This document shows, piece after piece, positions 1 through 10,692 of a stretch of DNA of 64,000 nt. The position numbers and the translations under genes were made by a program. Numbering within the stretch: position 1 is the stretch's first letter; every line of letters begins with the position of its first letter. Origin of the DNA: Candidatus Kapaibacterium sp. (GTDB lineage: Bacteria; Bacteroidota; Ignavibacteria; Kapaibacteriales; UBA2268); NCBI GenBank assembly GCA_963665665.1, contig OY762428.1, positions 4,608,001 to 4,672,000 of the forward strand, in the 5' to 3' direction. Below the pieces are notes generated by a model, which was given only the letters and a program-made list of their open reading frames with translations, had not been told where the DNA came from and did no database searches.

Positions 1-2
1 AA

Positions 3-1547
3 GTTAAAATCCTTAGGAGAATCAAGGGTGGTATGGTTGTCGATCTTCTCGGCATCGAAGCATTCCTTCCTGGTTCCCAGATAGATGTAAGGCCTGTCAG
101 AGACTTCGACGCATGGGTTAACAAAGCTATCGACGTTAGAGTTGTTAAAGTTAACCACCCGAGCGAAAACGTTGTGGTAAGCCATAAAGTTCTTCTTGAA
201 GAACAGCTTGCAGAACAGCGCGAAGCTATCATGGGCAAACTTGAAAAAGGCCTTGTACTTGAAGGTACTGTCAAAGCTATCTCCGACTTCGGCGTATTCG
301 TTGACCTCGGCGGTGTTGACGGCCTTGTTCACATCACAGACCTTTCATGGGGCCGCGTAACTCATCCTTCCGAAATCGTACAGCTTGACCAGGTTGTTAA
401 AGTTGTTGTTCTCGATTTCGACGAAGACAAGAAACGCATCAGCCTTGGTATGAAACAGCTTACTCCACATCCGTGGGATACAATTGGTGAAAAATACGAA
501 AACGGTACTAAAGTTCATGGTAAAGTTGTCAGCCTTACTGATTACGGTGCATTCATTGAAATCGAAAAAGGTATCGAAGGCCTTATCCACATCAGTGAAA
601 TGTCATGGACACAGCATGTTAAACATCCGTCACAGATCGTTTCTATGGGCCAGATAGTTGACGCTGTTGTGCTGAACATAGATAAAGACAATAAGAAACT
701 TGCCCTTGGTATGAAACAGCTTGAGCCAGACCCGTGGCAGGATCTTATGAAAAAATACCCTGTTGATTCAACTCATAACGGTATTGTTCGTAACCTTACT
801 AACTTTGGCGTATTTGTTGAACTTGAACCGGGCGTTGACGGCCTCGTTCATATCAGCGACCTCTCCTGGACGAAGAAAATCCGTCACCCAGGCGAATTCG
901 TGAAAAAAGGCGACGAACTCGAAGTTGTTGTTCTCAGTATTGATCCGGATCAGCGCAGGATTGCTCTTGGTCACAAACAGATCAAAGATAATCCCTGGAA
1001 CTACTTCGAAGATAAATACCAGATTGCTGCTGAAACAGAAGCAAGGATCGAAAGAATTATTGAAAAAGGCGTTATCGTTGAACTTCCTGACGGTGTTGAC
1101 GGTTTCGTTCCGGTATCACAGCTTTCATTCGCTCCTGTTCGCAATATCAGCGAATACTTCAGGATTGGCGATCTTCTTCCTCTTAAAGTTGTTGAATTCG
1201 ACAAAGAAGCAAAGAAAATCGTTCTTTCGGTAGTTGAATGTCTTCGTACAAAAGACCAGGCTACAATTGATGCTTACAATGCTCAGCACCAGGTTCCCAA
1301 CGCAGGTAAGTTTGCCGAAAACAAAGCGGAACAGGAAGCAGAGCAGGAAGCAGAAGCAGCACCTGCACCGGTTGTAGAAGAAGTAAAAGAAGAAACTCCT
1401 GTTGCAGAAGCAGCTCCAGAAGCTCCGGCAGAAGAAGTTAAAGCAGAAGCTCCGGCAGAGGAAACTTCCGCTGAAGCAGCTCCTGTAGAAACTCCGGCAG
1501 AAGAAGCTCCGGCAACTGAAGAATCAGCAGAAGAAAAATCTGAATAA
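3..1547 (+). CDS. rpsA: 30S ribosomal protein S1 (5' part outside window), with an Ala/Glu/Pro-rich C-terminal tail
   Basis: Repeated S1 motifs ([65 protein letters not shown]). The frame is open from position 3 ([14 protein letters not shown]), so ATG 33 is internal. Confidence 0.97.
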   Translation, partial: VKILRRIKGGMVVDLLGIEAFLPGSQIDVRPVRDFDAWVNKAIDVRVVKVNHPSENVVVSHKVLLEEQLAEQREAIMGKLEKGLVLEGTVKAISDFGVFVDLGGVDGLVHITDLSWGRVTHPSEIVQLDQVVKVVVLDFDEDKKRISLGMKQLTPHPWDTIGEKYENGTKVHGKVVSLTDYGAFIEIEKGIEGLIHISEMSWTQHVKHPSQIVSMGQIVDAVVLNIDKDNKKLALGMKQLEPDPWQDLMKKYPVDSTHNGIVRNLTNFGVFVELEPGVDGLVHISDLSWTKKIRHPGEFVKKGDELEVVVLSIDPDQRRIALGHKQIKDNPWNYFEDKYQIAAETEARIERIIEKGVIVELPDGVDGFVPVSQLSFAPVRNISEYFRIGDLLPLKVVEFDKEAKKIVLSVVECLRTKDQATIDAYNAQHQVPNAGKFAENKAEQEAEQEAEAAPAPVVEEVKEETPVAEAAPEAPAEEVKAEAPAEETSAEAAPVETPAEEAPATEESAEEKSE

Positions 1548-1567
1548 TAAATATTATATCTGATTTT

Positions 1568-1598
1568 AAAAGGCAGGCATTGTGTCTGCCTTTTTTTT
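1568..1598 (+). terminator. Rho-independent terminator of rpsA
   Basis: aaaaggcaggca-ttg-tgtctgcctttt hairpin followed by a T8 tract. Confidence 0.85.
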
Positions 1599-1659
1599 AA
1601 TTTTGTATTAATAATGCAGGTTATTCCTGAAATAGTATAATTATTAAAAGTTTGAAGAT

Positions 1660-2922
1660 ATGCTGAAAATTTCAATATTATCAATTGGCGATGAGCTTTG
1701 CATAGGCCAGGTACTAAATACTAACGCAAGGTTCATGGCAGTTGAATGTACTAAAATCGGCGCTGATGTTGTTTTGCACTCAACAATTGATGATGATAAA
1801 TCAATGATGACCGCCGAATTGGACAGGCTCACGGATTTAAGCGAACTTATCCTGATAACAGGTGGATTGGGTCCGACACATGATGACATAACCAAGCCTG
1901 TTCTTTGTGAATATTTTAATTCGGAACTGAAATTTCATGAAGCTACTTATAAGGATCTGGAGTATTTCTTTTCAAAAAGGGGTATAGAACTTACTGAAAG
2001 AAACAAGCTTCAGGCAATGCTTCCGGATAAATGTACGCCATTGAGGAATATGGTTGGTACTGCTCCCGGTATGATGTTTGAGCGGAACGGCAAATTTTTT
2101 ATTTCAATGCCCGGTGTTCCGAGGGAAATGCAATATATAATGAATAATTCTGTTTTGCCATTCATTGCCGAATTGATTGATAAAAGGAATAAGGATGTTG
2201 TTCTTTACAGGACAATCCACACTAACGGTATTCCCGAATCAATGCTGGCAGACAAGCTTGGCAATCCCGATGAATTTGCTTCCGGGGCGAAGCTGGCATT
2301 TTTACCATCCTATCGTGGAGTTAGATTAAGAATCGGAGTAAATGCAAAAACTTTCGGGAAAGCACGTTCAAGAATTGATGAGATCGAAAGCTACATCAAT
2401 TTGAAAGTCGGAGAACATGTTTTCGGAACCGATGACGAATCACTTGAAACTGCTGCAGCTGAGCTTCTGATCAAATATGGTAAAACGGTATCTGTTGCAG
2501 AGTCTTGTACCGGTGGATTGCTTGGTGCTGCATTCACTAACGTATCAGGAAGCTCGTCATATTTCGAAGGCGGCGTTCAGGTTTATAGCAATCAAGCAAA
2601 GATGACAATGCTTGGCGTTTCCCCTGAAACAATAAATGTACATGGTGCAGTAAGCGAACAAACAGCCAAAGAACTTGCAGAAAATGTAAGAAAAAAATTT
2701 GGAACGGATTATGCCCTTTCGGTAACCGGAATTGCAGGCCCGACGGGCGGAACTCCTGATAAGCCTGTAGGTACTGTATGGATTGGAATTTCAGATGTAA
2801 CTGAAACAAAAGCAGTACGGTACGTTTTTGGAGACGACAGGGTAATGAACCGCGAAAGATCGGTTGGTATGGCAATAATGATGTTGATTAACAGGATAAA
2901 AGAGACGAACCCGGATGAGTAA
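1660..2922 (+). CDS. cinA: Competence/damage-inducible protein CinA (MocF-like domain plus NMN deamidase PncC domain)
   Basis: IGDEL..GQVLNTNA and TGGLGPTHDDIT at the N terminus; AESCTGG, GAVS and TGIAGPTGG in the C-terminal domain. Confidence 0.95.
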   Translation: MLKISILSIGDELCIGQVLNTNARFMAVECTKIGADVVLHSTIDDDKSMMTAELDRLTDLSELILITGGLGPTHDDITKPVLCEYFNSELKFHEATYKDLEYFFSKRGIELTERNKLQAMLPDKCTPLRNMVGTAPGMMFERNGKFFISMPGVPREMQYIMNNSVLPFIAELIDKRNKDVVLYRTIHTNGIPESMLADKLGNPDEFASGAKLAFLPSYRGVRLRIGVNAKTFGKARSRIDEIESYINLKVGEHVFGTDDESLETAAAELLIKYGKTVSVAESCTGGLLGAAFTNVSGSSSYFEGGVQVYSNQAKMTMLGVSPETINVHGAVSEQTAKELAENVRKKFGTDYALSVTGIAGPTGGTPDKPVGTVWIGISDVTETKAVRYVFGDDRVMNRERSVGMAIMMLINRIKETNPDE

Positions 2923-3958
2923 AAAAAGAACAATACTTGCAATTGAATCCTCATGCGACGATACTTCGGTAGCTGTGGTTAAGGGTGGGAAAATACTTTC
3001 CAACCTGATTTCGTCGCAATACTTTCATAAAAAATATAGTGGCATAGTGCCTGAACTGGCTTCCCGCGCTCATATTCAGGTAATATCCCGTCTGACGGCA
3101 GATGCGATGACTGAATGTTCTGTCGGCTTTGACGAAGTTGATGCCATTGCTGTAACATCACAGCCGGGGCTTATTGGCTCATTAATTGTCGGTTCAAACT
3201 TTGCCAAAGGGCTGGCGGTGAAATATAATCTGCCAATAGTCCCGGTGAACCATATTGAAGGGCATATCTTTTCGGGTTGCCTTCAGGAGCCGAAAGTTGA
3301 ATTTCCGATAATAACACTTGTTGTAAGCGGGGGCCATACTGCTCTCTTCAGGGTTGATTCTTATAACAAATATAAGATACTCGGACTAACGCGCGACGAC
3401 GCTGCCGGAGAGGCTTTCGATAAAATTGCAGCGCTGTTGGGGCTGGGCTATCCGGGAGGGCCTGTGATTGACAAGCTTGCGAAGCAGGGAAACCCAAAAG
3501 CTTATGATTTTCCCCGGAGTATGATTCATGATCCGGGATTTGATTTCAGCTTCAGCGGCCTTAAAACTTCTGTACGATATTTCCTGAACCGGGAGTTCCC
3601 TGATGGTACGCCTGAAGAAAAAATTCCCGATATCTGCGCTTCTGTACAGGCTGCTATTGTCGATGTCCTCGTTGCGAAAACAATCAAAGCAGCAAATAAA
3701 TTAAGGATCAAATCTGTGACAATAGCAGGCGGAGTTTCAGCTAACTCACAACTGAGAAGCCAGATGAAAAAGGAAGCTGCAAAAAGGAAAATTCGAACAA
3801 TTGCACCGGATATGGGATTCTGCATGGATAACGCCGCTATGATTGGCTTTATAGCAGAGAAAAAATTTGGCGAGGAAATAGAATCTTTCAGGGATTTAAC
3901 TTTTGTTGTAAATCCTGCTTCCATGCGAGCCGAGAGAAAAAAGAAGAAAAGGAACTGA
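2915..3958 (+). CDS. tsaD: tRNA N6-adenosine threonylcarbamoyltransferase
   Basis: LAIESSCDDT, VPELASRAH, NHIEGH, SGGHT, DDAAGEAFDK, FSFSGLKT, DNAAMI. Confidence 0.97.
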   Translation: MSKKRTILAIESSCDDTSVAVVKGGKILSNLISSQYFHKKYSGIVPELASRAHIQVISRLTADAMTECSVGFDEVDAIAVTSQPGLIGSLIVGSNFAKGLAVKYNLPIVPVNHIEGHIFSGCLQEPKVEFPIITLVVSGGHTALFRVDSYNKYKILGLTRDDAAGEAFDKIAALLGLGYPGGPVIDKLAKQGNPKAYDFPRSMIHDPGFDFSFSGLKTSVRYFLNREFPDGTPEEKIPDICASVQAAIVDVLVAKTIKAANKLRIKSVTIAGGVSANSQLRSQMKKEAAKRKIRTIAPDMGFCMDNAAMIGFIAEKKFGEEIESFRDLTFVVNPASMRAERKKKKRN

Positions 3959-3972
3959 AACAGTAAAAAATG

Positions 3973-4004
3973 TTTGGTTAATATAAAAAAAAGTCCTATT
4001 TTTG
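3973..4004 (+). promoter_or_regulatory. Putative Bacteroidota-type sigma70 promoter for tRNA-Ser
   Basis: TTTG at 3973-3976, 20-nt spacer, TATTTTTG (TAnnTTTG) at 3997-4004, 27 nt before the tRNA. Confidence 0.55.
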
Positions 4005-4031
4005 AATTCCCTGTTAGGGATATTGACAACT

Positions 4032-4117
4032 GGAGGATTAGTCTAATTGGTAAGGCAGCGGTCTTGAAAACCGCCGGGTTTGCGCCCTTGGGGGTTCGAG
4101 TCCCTCATCCTCCGCCA
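4032..4117 (+). tRNA. tRNA-Ser (anticodon TGA)
   Basis: Acceptor GGAGGAT/ATCCTCC-G-CCA; anticodon stem gcggt/accgc with loop cttgaaa; long variable arm; GGTTCGAGTCC T-loop. Confidence 0.96.
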
Positions 4118-4127
4118 AGCCAAGTTT

Positions 4128-4162
4128 AAACCCTTGTAAATGAAAAATTTGCAAGGGTTTTT
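4128..4162 (+). terminator. Terminator after tRNA-Ser
   Basis: aaacccttgtaaat ... atttgcaagggttt inverted repeat running into a T tract. Confidence 0.75.
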
Positions 4163-4450
4163 GATTTTTTACCTAAACATTTTATAAACTTTTCCGGTAT
4201 ATTTTTTTTCAAAATTTCATATTTGAACCCTGGCCCGTGAACAAAAAATTAATGAGTTATAGGGACAAGGACGTAAATCAATATGTTGTTTATATTAATA
4301 ATCTTTACCATATCAATATTTCTGAACTATGATATATTATCATAATTGATCTTCCCGAATCCTCCATCTTGTGGAGGCCGGAGTGGACAATTCGATTTAT
4401 ACAGAAAAGAATGAGTTCTCAAACAACAGCTGTTTCAATCCGGAAAAAAC

Positions 4451-4543
4451 AACAGGCCCGTCGAAGGCGGCATGGACAAAAAATTGTGTCGCTCCTACGG
4501 AGCTTTTAATAATCGCTAAGTAAACATTATCTACAAAAATTCC
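4451..4543 (-). repeat. REP-like palindromic repeat block, inverted homolog of 18670-18760
   Basis: The reverse complement reads ggaatttttgtagataat...aagctccgtaggagcgaca...atgccgccttcgacgggcctgtt, matching the block at 18670-18760. Confidence 0.75.
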
Positions 4544-4763
4544 ATTCCTTCGTAGTATTTTTTATAATTCCGATGCTATTTCGGCTGCCCTATACTAAAG
4601 ATAAATGGATTGGGATATCTTTTCCCTGTTTTGTGTCGGGACACGGTGATAGTGGTGCAAGCAGTTAAGAAAAAAAATTCACCTCTGCCTGTTCCGAAAT
4701 ATCGTGGCCAGCGGGGGACAGGTGAGGATACCATTATTTTTTATTATATGCCAAGTTAATCAT

Positions 4764-4802
4764 AAAAAAACTCATCCGATCATTTCAAGTGATCGGATGA
4801 GT
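4764..4802 (-). terminator. Terminator downstream of the mutase operon
   Basis: ctcatccgatca/tgatcggatgag perfect 12-bp stem with a T7 tail on the minus strand. Confidence 0.85.
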
Positions 4803-4825
4803 AAATAATGAAGATCGCAGTCTTA

Positions 4826-7006
4826 TCAGTAGCCGAGGTTCTTGTTAACGATTTCAATTACCTGGCCGGCACATTCCGGAATTACCGTACCTGGGCCGAA
4901 TACAGCCGAGGCACCGTTGTTAAGCAGGAATTCATAATCCTGGTGGGGGATAACGCCGCCAACAAATATTATAATATCCTCGCGGCCCAGCTTTTTGAGT
5001 TCTGCCGCAAGCTGTGGAACGAGAGTTTTGTGGCCTGCTGCAAGCGAACTAACACCAACTGCATGTACATCGTTTTCAACAGCGTCGCGGGCTGTTTCTT
5101 CCGGAGTCTGGAACAAAGGCCCTACGTCGACATCGAAGCCAAGGTCGGCAAATGCTGTTGAAACAACTTTTGCACCACGGTCGTGTCCGTCCTGTCCCAT
5201 TTTTGCAACGAGGATTCTCGGGCGGCGGCCTTCGTTAGCTTCAAATTCGTCGGCCATTTTTCTAACTTTTTCAATCTGATCCATTTCACCGTACTCTGAA
5301 CTGTAAACACCTGAAATTGTTTTGATAACTGCCTGATGGCGGCCGAAAACTTTTTCCATTGCATCGGAAATCTCACCGAGAGAAGCCCTTGCCCTGGCAG
5401 CCTGTACCGAAAGGTCAAGAAGGTTGCCTTCGCCTGTTTCTGCGCATTTTGTAATAGCGCCGAGCAGGTTCTGAACTTTTGCTTCGTCCCGTTCAGCACG
5501 AAGTTTTTTCAGCCTGTTGATCTGAGATTCGCGAACCGAGCTGTTGTCGATGTCAAGAATCTCGATCGGGTCTTCTTTGTCGAGTTTATATTTATTAACG
5601 CCGATTATAGTTTCAAGCTTGGAGTCAATCCTTGCCTGGCGGCGAGCGGCAGCTTCTTCGATCCGCATTTTTGGAATTCCGCTTTCGATTGCTTTGGCCA
5701 TTCCGCCAAGTTCTTCAACTTCCTGAATGTGCGCCCACGCTTTGTCGATAAGCTCTTCTGTAAGTTTTTCAACATAGTAGGAACCTGCCCATGGATCGAC
5801 AACTTTGCAAATGCCGGTTTCTTCCTGGAGGAATATCTGGGTATTCCTTGCAATCCTGGCAGAGAAATCAGTTGGAAGAGCAATAGCTTCATCCAGAGAG
5901 TTTGTATGCAGCGACTGCGTATGGCCAAGAGCTGCGCCCATGGCTTCCATACATGTACGAACAACATTATTGAACGGATCCTGTTCCGTAAGGCTCCATC
6001 CGGAAGTCTGGGAATGAGTCCTCAATGCCATTGATTTAGGATTTTTCGGGTTGAACTGTTTGATAAGTTTTGCCCAGATAACCCTTGCAGCACGCATTTT
6101 AGCAACTTCCATGAAGTAGTTCATACCTACAGCCCAGAAGAATGAAAGGCGAGGAGCAAAAGCATCAATGTCGATTCCGGCTTTAATTCCGGCTTTTACA
6201 TATTCAAGGCCGTCTGCAAGTGTGTATGCCATTTCCAGGTCAGCTGTAGCTCCTGCTTCCTGCATGTGATAGCCGGAAATTGAAATACTGTTGAACTTGG
6301 GCATGAACTTAGAAGTATATTCAAAAATATCTGCAATGATCTTCATGGACGGCGTTGGCGGGTAAATATATGTATTACGCACCATGTATTCTTTCAGGAT
6401 ATCATTCTGGATAGTACCAGAAAGAAGTTCCGGCTTTACGCCCTGCTCTTCAGCGGCAACTATATAGAAAGCCAATACCGGCATTACTGCGCCGTTCATG
6501 GTCATTGAAACTGACATTTTATCGAGCGGTATATCGTCGAAGAGAATCTTCATATCAAGGATTGAATCAATCGCCACGCCTGCTTTACCAACATCGCCAA
6601 CAACGCGTGGGTGGTCTGAGTCATATCCGCGGTGTGTAGCAAGGTCGAAAGCAACGGAAAGGCCTTTCTGGCCGGCGGCAATATTTCTTTTATAAAATGC
6701 GTTTGATTCCTCGGCTGTTGAAAATCCGGCGTACTGCCTGATAGTCCAGGGACGTGTTACATACATTCCGGGATAAGGGCCCCTGAGGAAGGGGGGAATG
6801 CCTGCTGAAAAGCCGATATGGTTTGCATCTTTATTGTCTTCTTTTGTATAAAGCGGTTTAATATCTATGTTTTCCATGGATTTCACGGAAAGCTCGTTTT
6901 CGTTATGGCCTGTCTGGTCGGAAATCAGTTTCTCCCAGTCCCCGCGTTTGGCTTCCGGGAAGGCCATGTCAAATTCCATCGAGGAAAAATCCGGTTTTTT
7001 TGCCAT
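4826..7006 (-). CDS. scpA: Methylmalonyl-CoA mutase, catalytic large subunit (B12-dependent)
   Basis: [30 protein letters not shown] and B12-binding GQDGHDRG. Start moved to ATG 7006 (MAKKPD), which follows a GGAG. Confidence 0.96.
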   Translation of the reverse strand: MAKKPDFSSMEFDMAFPEAKRGDWEKLISDQTGHNENELSVKSMENIDIKPLYTKEDNKDANHIGFSAGIPPFLRGPYPGMYVTRPWTIRQYAGFSTAEESNAFYKRNIAAGQKGLSVAFDLATHRGYDSDHPRVVGDVGKAGVAIDSILDMKILFDDIPLDKMSVSMTMNGAVMPVLAFYIVAAEEQGVKPELLSGTIQNDILKEYMVRNTYIYPPTPSMKIIADIFEYTSKFMPKFNSISISGYHMQEAGATADLEMAYTLADGLEYVKAGIKAGIDIDAFAPRLSFFWAVGMNYFMEVAKMRAARVIWAKLIKQFNPKNPKSMALRTHSQTSGWSLTEQDPFNNVVRTCMEAMGAALGHTQSLHTNSLDEAIALPTDFSARIARNTQIFLQEETGICKVVDPWAGSYYVEKLTEELIDKAWAHIQEVEELGGMAKAIESGIPKMRIEEAAARRQARIDSKLETIIGVNKYKLDKEDPIEILDIDNSSVRESQINRLKKLRAERDEAKVQNLLGAITKCAETGEGNLLDLSVQAARARASLGEISDAMEKVFGRHQAVIKTISGVYSSEYGEMDQIEKVRKMADEFEANEGRRPRILVAKMGQDGHDRGAKVVSTAFADLGFDVDVGPLFQTPEETARDAVENDVHAVGVSSLAAGHKTLVPQLAAELKKLGREDIIIFVGGVIPHQDYEFLLNNGASAVFGPGTVIPECAGQVIEIVNKNLGY

Positions 7007-7057
7007 TATATCTATCTCCAAAATTTTATATCAAATTAATCTGAATCATCCCGGCGC

Positions 7058-9076
7058 TTACGCGATACCGAGTTTTTTCTGAAGACCCGAGAGTATCTCG
7101 TAGTTGTTTGCACGGACGTGAATAAATTCATCTACGCCAGCGTTCCTGAACTGATCAATATAGTCAGTAGGGTAGCCTGCAAGGATGATTGTTGCGTCCG
7201 GGTTGTCTTCCTTAACTTTTTTGGCGAAGCCTGGCACGACTTCAGGATAAACGTCGTCGGAAGAACAAATTACAACTACTCTCGAACCGGATTCTTTGAA
7301 TGCTTTGGCAGCTTGGTTTGTATCGGCGAAATCTTTGCCAATTTCAGAGATAAATCCGCCGACATTGAAAAAGTCATAAGAGAAATCAGCACGGCCTTTA
7401 TACTGGTTCAGCCTTCCGAAGCATGCGAGGTAAAGTTTTTCGAATTCGCCATTTTCAGCTTTGTATTTATCAGCGTTTTCCCTGAGTGCGGAATACATCG
7501 CAAATGCTTTGAAAGGAATCAGAGCTTCCGCTGAAACAGTTTCTTTGCCTTTATTCATAGCCGAATTAATATCGAAGATAGAAACGCCTTTTGTGGCAGC
7601 GTCAACCGCTTCTGCCATGTTATTAATATGAAGATCAGTTGATTTATATTCCGGATTGTATTCCTGAACGTTATTATTTGAAGGAACTTTTTCTTCAGTG
7701 ATATTGGAGTATTTATTTGTGCCAAGAAGAGTATCTTTTCTGGTTGCAATATTTTTCCGGCGTTTTGTAACTATTTCTTTTATCATTCCCTGGGGTATTC
7801 CATCGTTAAGAGCTTTTGCCATGCCACCGGCTTTTTCTATTTCCCTGAAAATATTCCATGCGGCTTCAGCAACTTCAGCAGTAAGTTTTTCGACGAAATA
7901 AGAGCCGCCTGCCGGGTCGGCCAGTTCATTAATATGAGTTTCTTCTTTTATCACAAGCTGTGTATTCCTTGCAATCCTTCTGGAGAAATCATTCGGAACC
8001 CTGAGGTTTTCATCGAATGATGAAACGCAGATACCCGTGCAACCACCTACGGCAGCTGAAAATACTTCGCTGGTAGCGCGAAGCATATTTGTATATGGGT
8101 CAAGATCGGATTTGTTGACTTTATTCGTCATCCCGAGAATCCTTGTTTTTGCAGATTCTTCATTGCCGTCGAATTCTTTTACTATCTTTGACCATAACAT
8201 TCTTGCAGCACGGAATTTTGCAATCTCCATGAAATAATTCGGGCCGATTGCCATGTGGAAATGGAATTTCGGTGCTATCTGATTAATGTCCAGGCCGGCT
8301 TCAACAAGATTGCCCAGATAATCAGCAGCAGTAGCCATAGCGAAACCAAGTTCCTGCACTGAATTCGATCCGGCATTGAAATAGGGGGCGGTATTAATGC
8401 CAACCACTTTGAACCCCGGAAGATTTGCATTACAGAAATCAAAGAGGTTTTTAATTTCTTCTGCTTTTTCTTCCACTGATGCGTTGATGTCGCCCTTTGT
8501 TGCCAGATCGGCAATGGGGTCGATATTAAAAGCACCGCAAATATTTTGGGAATCAATTCCATTTTTATCGCAATATGCTTTCAGCAATGCTGCAACGGCG
8601 CTTGTTTTTTCACCGGCGCGAAAGCTGAGCGGAGTGTTGATAAGATCGATACCGTCGAAGGCAGTTTCCATTTCTTCGAGCGTATTGATAAAATTCACAT
8701 GCTGCCCGTAATTCTCATCAAGTATGATGCACAGGGCGTCAACGCCTCTTGCGAGGTCATTTTTCGCTGCTTTATTGAAATCAGCCGGAGATTTATACGG
8801 TATTTCCTGTACAATTTTCCAGGATTCATCACGATAACCACCTGCAAGAGCTCCCCTAAGATAGGGATAAAACCCGGGCAGATTTTCACTGTTTTTCAGT
8901 TCAGCGATATCGTCTTGGTTATAAACCGGCTTTAAGGTAATATCTTCATAAGTTTTTGTGAAGAGTTTTTTCTCGAATGATGCTCCTTTTAGCGTCTTTT
9001 CCGCAGCTTCCCGCCATACTTCATAAGATGGCTTCTCGAATTCATCGAACGTTAACCTTGGCATTTTTTCAGACAT
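7058..9076 (-). CDS. mutA: Methylmalonyl-CoA mutase, small (beta) subunit
   Basis: Mutase fold (LPGFYPYLRG, FMEIAKFRAAR, DPAGGSYFVE, ICSSDDVY) without the DxHxxG motif; adjacent to the large subunit. Confidence 0.92.
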   Translation of the reverse strand: MSEKMPRLTFDEFEKPSYEVWREAAEKTLKGASFEKKLFTKTYEDITLKPVYNQDDIAELKNSENLPGFYPYLRGALAGGYRDESWKIVQEIPYKSPADFNKAAKNDLARGVDALCIILDENYGQHVNFINTLEEMETAFDGIDLINTPLSFRAGEKTSAVAALLKAYCDKNGIDSQNICGAFNIDPIADLATKGDINASVEEKAEEIKNLFDFCNANLPGFKVVGINTAPYFNAGSNSVQELGFAMATAADYLGNLVEAGLDINQIAPKFHFHMAIGPNYFMEIAKFRAARMLWSKIVKEFDGNEESAKTRILGMTNKVNKSDLDPYTNMLRATSEVFSAAVGGCTGICVSSFDENLRVPNDFSRRIARNTQLVIKEETHINELADPAGGSYFVEKLTAEVAEAAWNIFREIEKAGGMAKALNDGIPQGMIKEIVTKRRKNIATRKDTLLGTNKYSNITEEKVPSNNNVQEYNPEYKSTDLHINNMAEAVDAATKGVSIFDINSAMNKGKETVSAEALIPFKAFAMYSALRENADKYKAENGEFEKLYLACFGRLNQYKGRADFSYDFFNVGGFISEIGKDFADTNQAAKAFKESGSRVVVICSSDDVYPEVVPGFAKKVKEDNPDATIILAGYPTDYIDQFRNAGVDEFIHVRANNYEILSGLQKKLGIA

Positions 9077-9384
9077 AGCTCATCTTCATTTTATTCATAA
9101 AAATCAGGAAATAAAACTATTTCCATAACATCATTTACTACGATTTGAAAATTAAGAAAAATATACAACTTATAATAAAAATAATTACTCTGAAGCTGAT
9201 TTAAAATGCTAATAATTTTAAAAAAATCAATGATTATTGTAAAAATTTAATATAGGTTTCTAATTTATTGTTTTTTCAGAAATCTGTATATATCATAAGA
9301 ATATTTTTTATTTTTTTTTAAGGAAAAGATTTTTATGTTATATCCGACATTTAAAATATAATCAATTATAAATGAGTTCATAAT

Positions 9385-9618
9385 ATGTCACGAATAATAA
9401 AAATAGAATTAGACGATAAAAACTTTGATTTGCTTAGTTTTGCGGCTACAAGTGAAAAAAAAGAATTATCCGAATATATTGAATATGCAGCGCTTAAATT
9501 CGCTTTAAATGACGTATTTGTGTCAGATGAAGAAATGGTTGAAATTGAGGAAATATTTCCCGGACTTGATGAATCGCTAAATGATGTTAAAGAAGGAAAT
9601 TTTAAAATTGTTCAATGA
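9385..9618 (+). CDS. Putative antitoxin of a type II TA pair
   Basis: Small acidic protein (77 aa) upstream of and overlapping a RelE-like toxin. Confidence 0.7.
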   Translation: MSRIIKIELDDKNFDLLSFAATSEKKELSEYIEYAALKFALNDVFVSDEEMVEIEEIFPGLDESLNDVKEGNFKIVQ

Positions 9619-9886
9619 TTTTAATATCGCAGAAACTAAGTATTTTCAGAAAAAGATCAAACAAGGCAAATTTAAGTCTTATTATGAGAAAATTTATCGT
9701 TTTATTTATCCCCAATTGAAATCCAATCCATTCTATGGAAATAATATTAAAAAATTGAAAGGTAAATATCAAAATGTTTACCGATATAAAATTGGTAATG
9801 TAAGATTGTTTTATACAATTGAAAAAGATAGAATTATCGTTTTAGTTTTGGATATTATGCTGAGAAAAGATTCTTATAAAAATTAA
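9608..9886 (+). CDS. RelE/ParE family toxin
   Basis: Basic, about 92 aa, with NIKKLKG..YRYKIGNVRLFYTI. Likely start is TTG 9608 (ORF track starts at 9581). Confidence 0.85.
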   Translation: MFNDFNIAETKYFQKKIKQGKFKSYYEKIYRFIYPQLKSNPFYGNNIKKLKGKYQNVYRYKIGNVRLFYTIEKDRIIVLVLDIMLRKDSYKN

Positions 9887-9958
9887 TTTTATAAAATTTA
9901 GCCGCTCCTAATTCGTTAATAAGACCAAAGTGATCTTATTATAAATTTGGAGAAAATA

Positions 9959-10567
9959 ATGAAAAAATCAAATATCTTAAAAATCGCAATGTTAATGGTT
10001 TTCTTTGGTATTGCTTCTGTTTATGCCAATGAAATGAAGATGTTTAAACTTGATGCAGGCAGCAGTAAAATAAAATGGACAGGGGAGAAGGTTACCGGTT
10101 CTCATCATGGAGAACTTAAATTTGATTCAGGAAACCTGGAAGTAAGCGGTGATACATTTAAAGGCGGCGCTTTTTCTACTGATATGACTTCGATCAGGGT
10201 GAACGATCTGACGGGGGAGATGAAAGGAAAATTGGAAGGACATCTGAAATCAGATGATTTCTTTTCTGTAGCCAAAAACCCGAATGCTTTTTTCGAGATT
10301 ACATCAATTACTCCCAGCTCCAAAGTTGAAGGTTTCAATTATATGGTTTCCGGTAATATGAAGATTAAGGGAATTACCAAGAAGATTACTTTCCCGGCAA
10401 AAATTGATTTTATCGGAAAGAATAAAATCAAGGCTACTGCAAAGCTTGTTATCGACAGGTCCAAGTTTGATGTCAAATACGGTTCAGGTAGCTTCTTTGA
10501 CAATCTTGGCGATAAAATGATATATGATGATTTTACTCTTGAACTTGAAATGCATTTCAGGATATAG
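9959..10567 (+). CDS. YceI family lipid/polyisoprenoid-binding periplasmic protein
   Basis: Signal peptide; SKIKWTGEKVTGSHHG, LEGHLKSDDFF, IDRSKFDVKYGS. Confidence 0.92.
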   Translation: MKKSNILKIAMLMVFFGIASVYANEMKMFKLDAGSSKIKWTGEKVTGSHHGELKFDSGNLEVSGDTFKGGAFSTDMTSIRVNDLTGEMKGKLEGHLKSDDFFSVAKNPNAFFEITSITPSSKVEGFNYMVSGNMKIKGITKKITFPAKIDFIGKNKIKATAKLVIDRSKFDVKYGSGSFFDNLGDKMIYDDFTLELEMHFRI

Positions 10568-10635
10568 GAGCATTCAGGAGTATCAAATACTAAGCATCAA
10601 TAGAAAAAATTGCAGACCAGTAATCTTTATGGAAC

Positions 10636-10673
10636 AACACCATCTCAGACCTTAGATCGGGATGGTGTTTTTT
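10636..10673 (+). terminator. Terminator hairpin between convergent yceI and tonB-like genes
   Basis: aacaccatct...ggatggtgtt stem followed by a T run. Confidence 0.7.
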
Positions 10674-10692
10674 ATAAAAATCAAAACCAAAT

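Noticed and set aside
4032-4117. tRNA-Ser as an integration site for a genomic island
   Set aside because: I saw no duplicated tRNA 3' end (only a 9-nt atcctccgc match near 22915, inside a different repeat) and no integrase gene.
4032-4117. Selenocysteine or opal-suppressor tRNA
   Set aside because: The anticodon is TGA, which reads UCA (Ser); tRNA-Sec has anticodon TCA.
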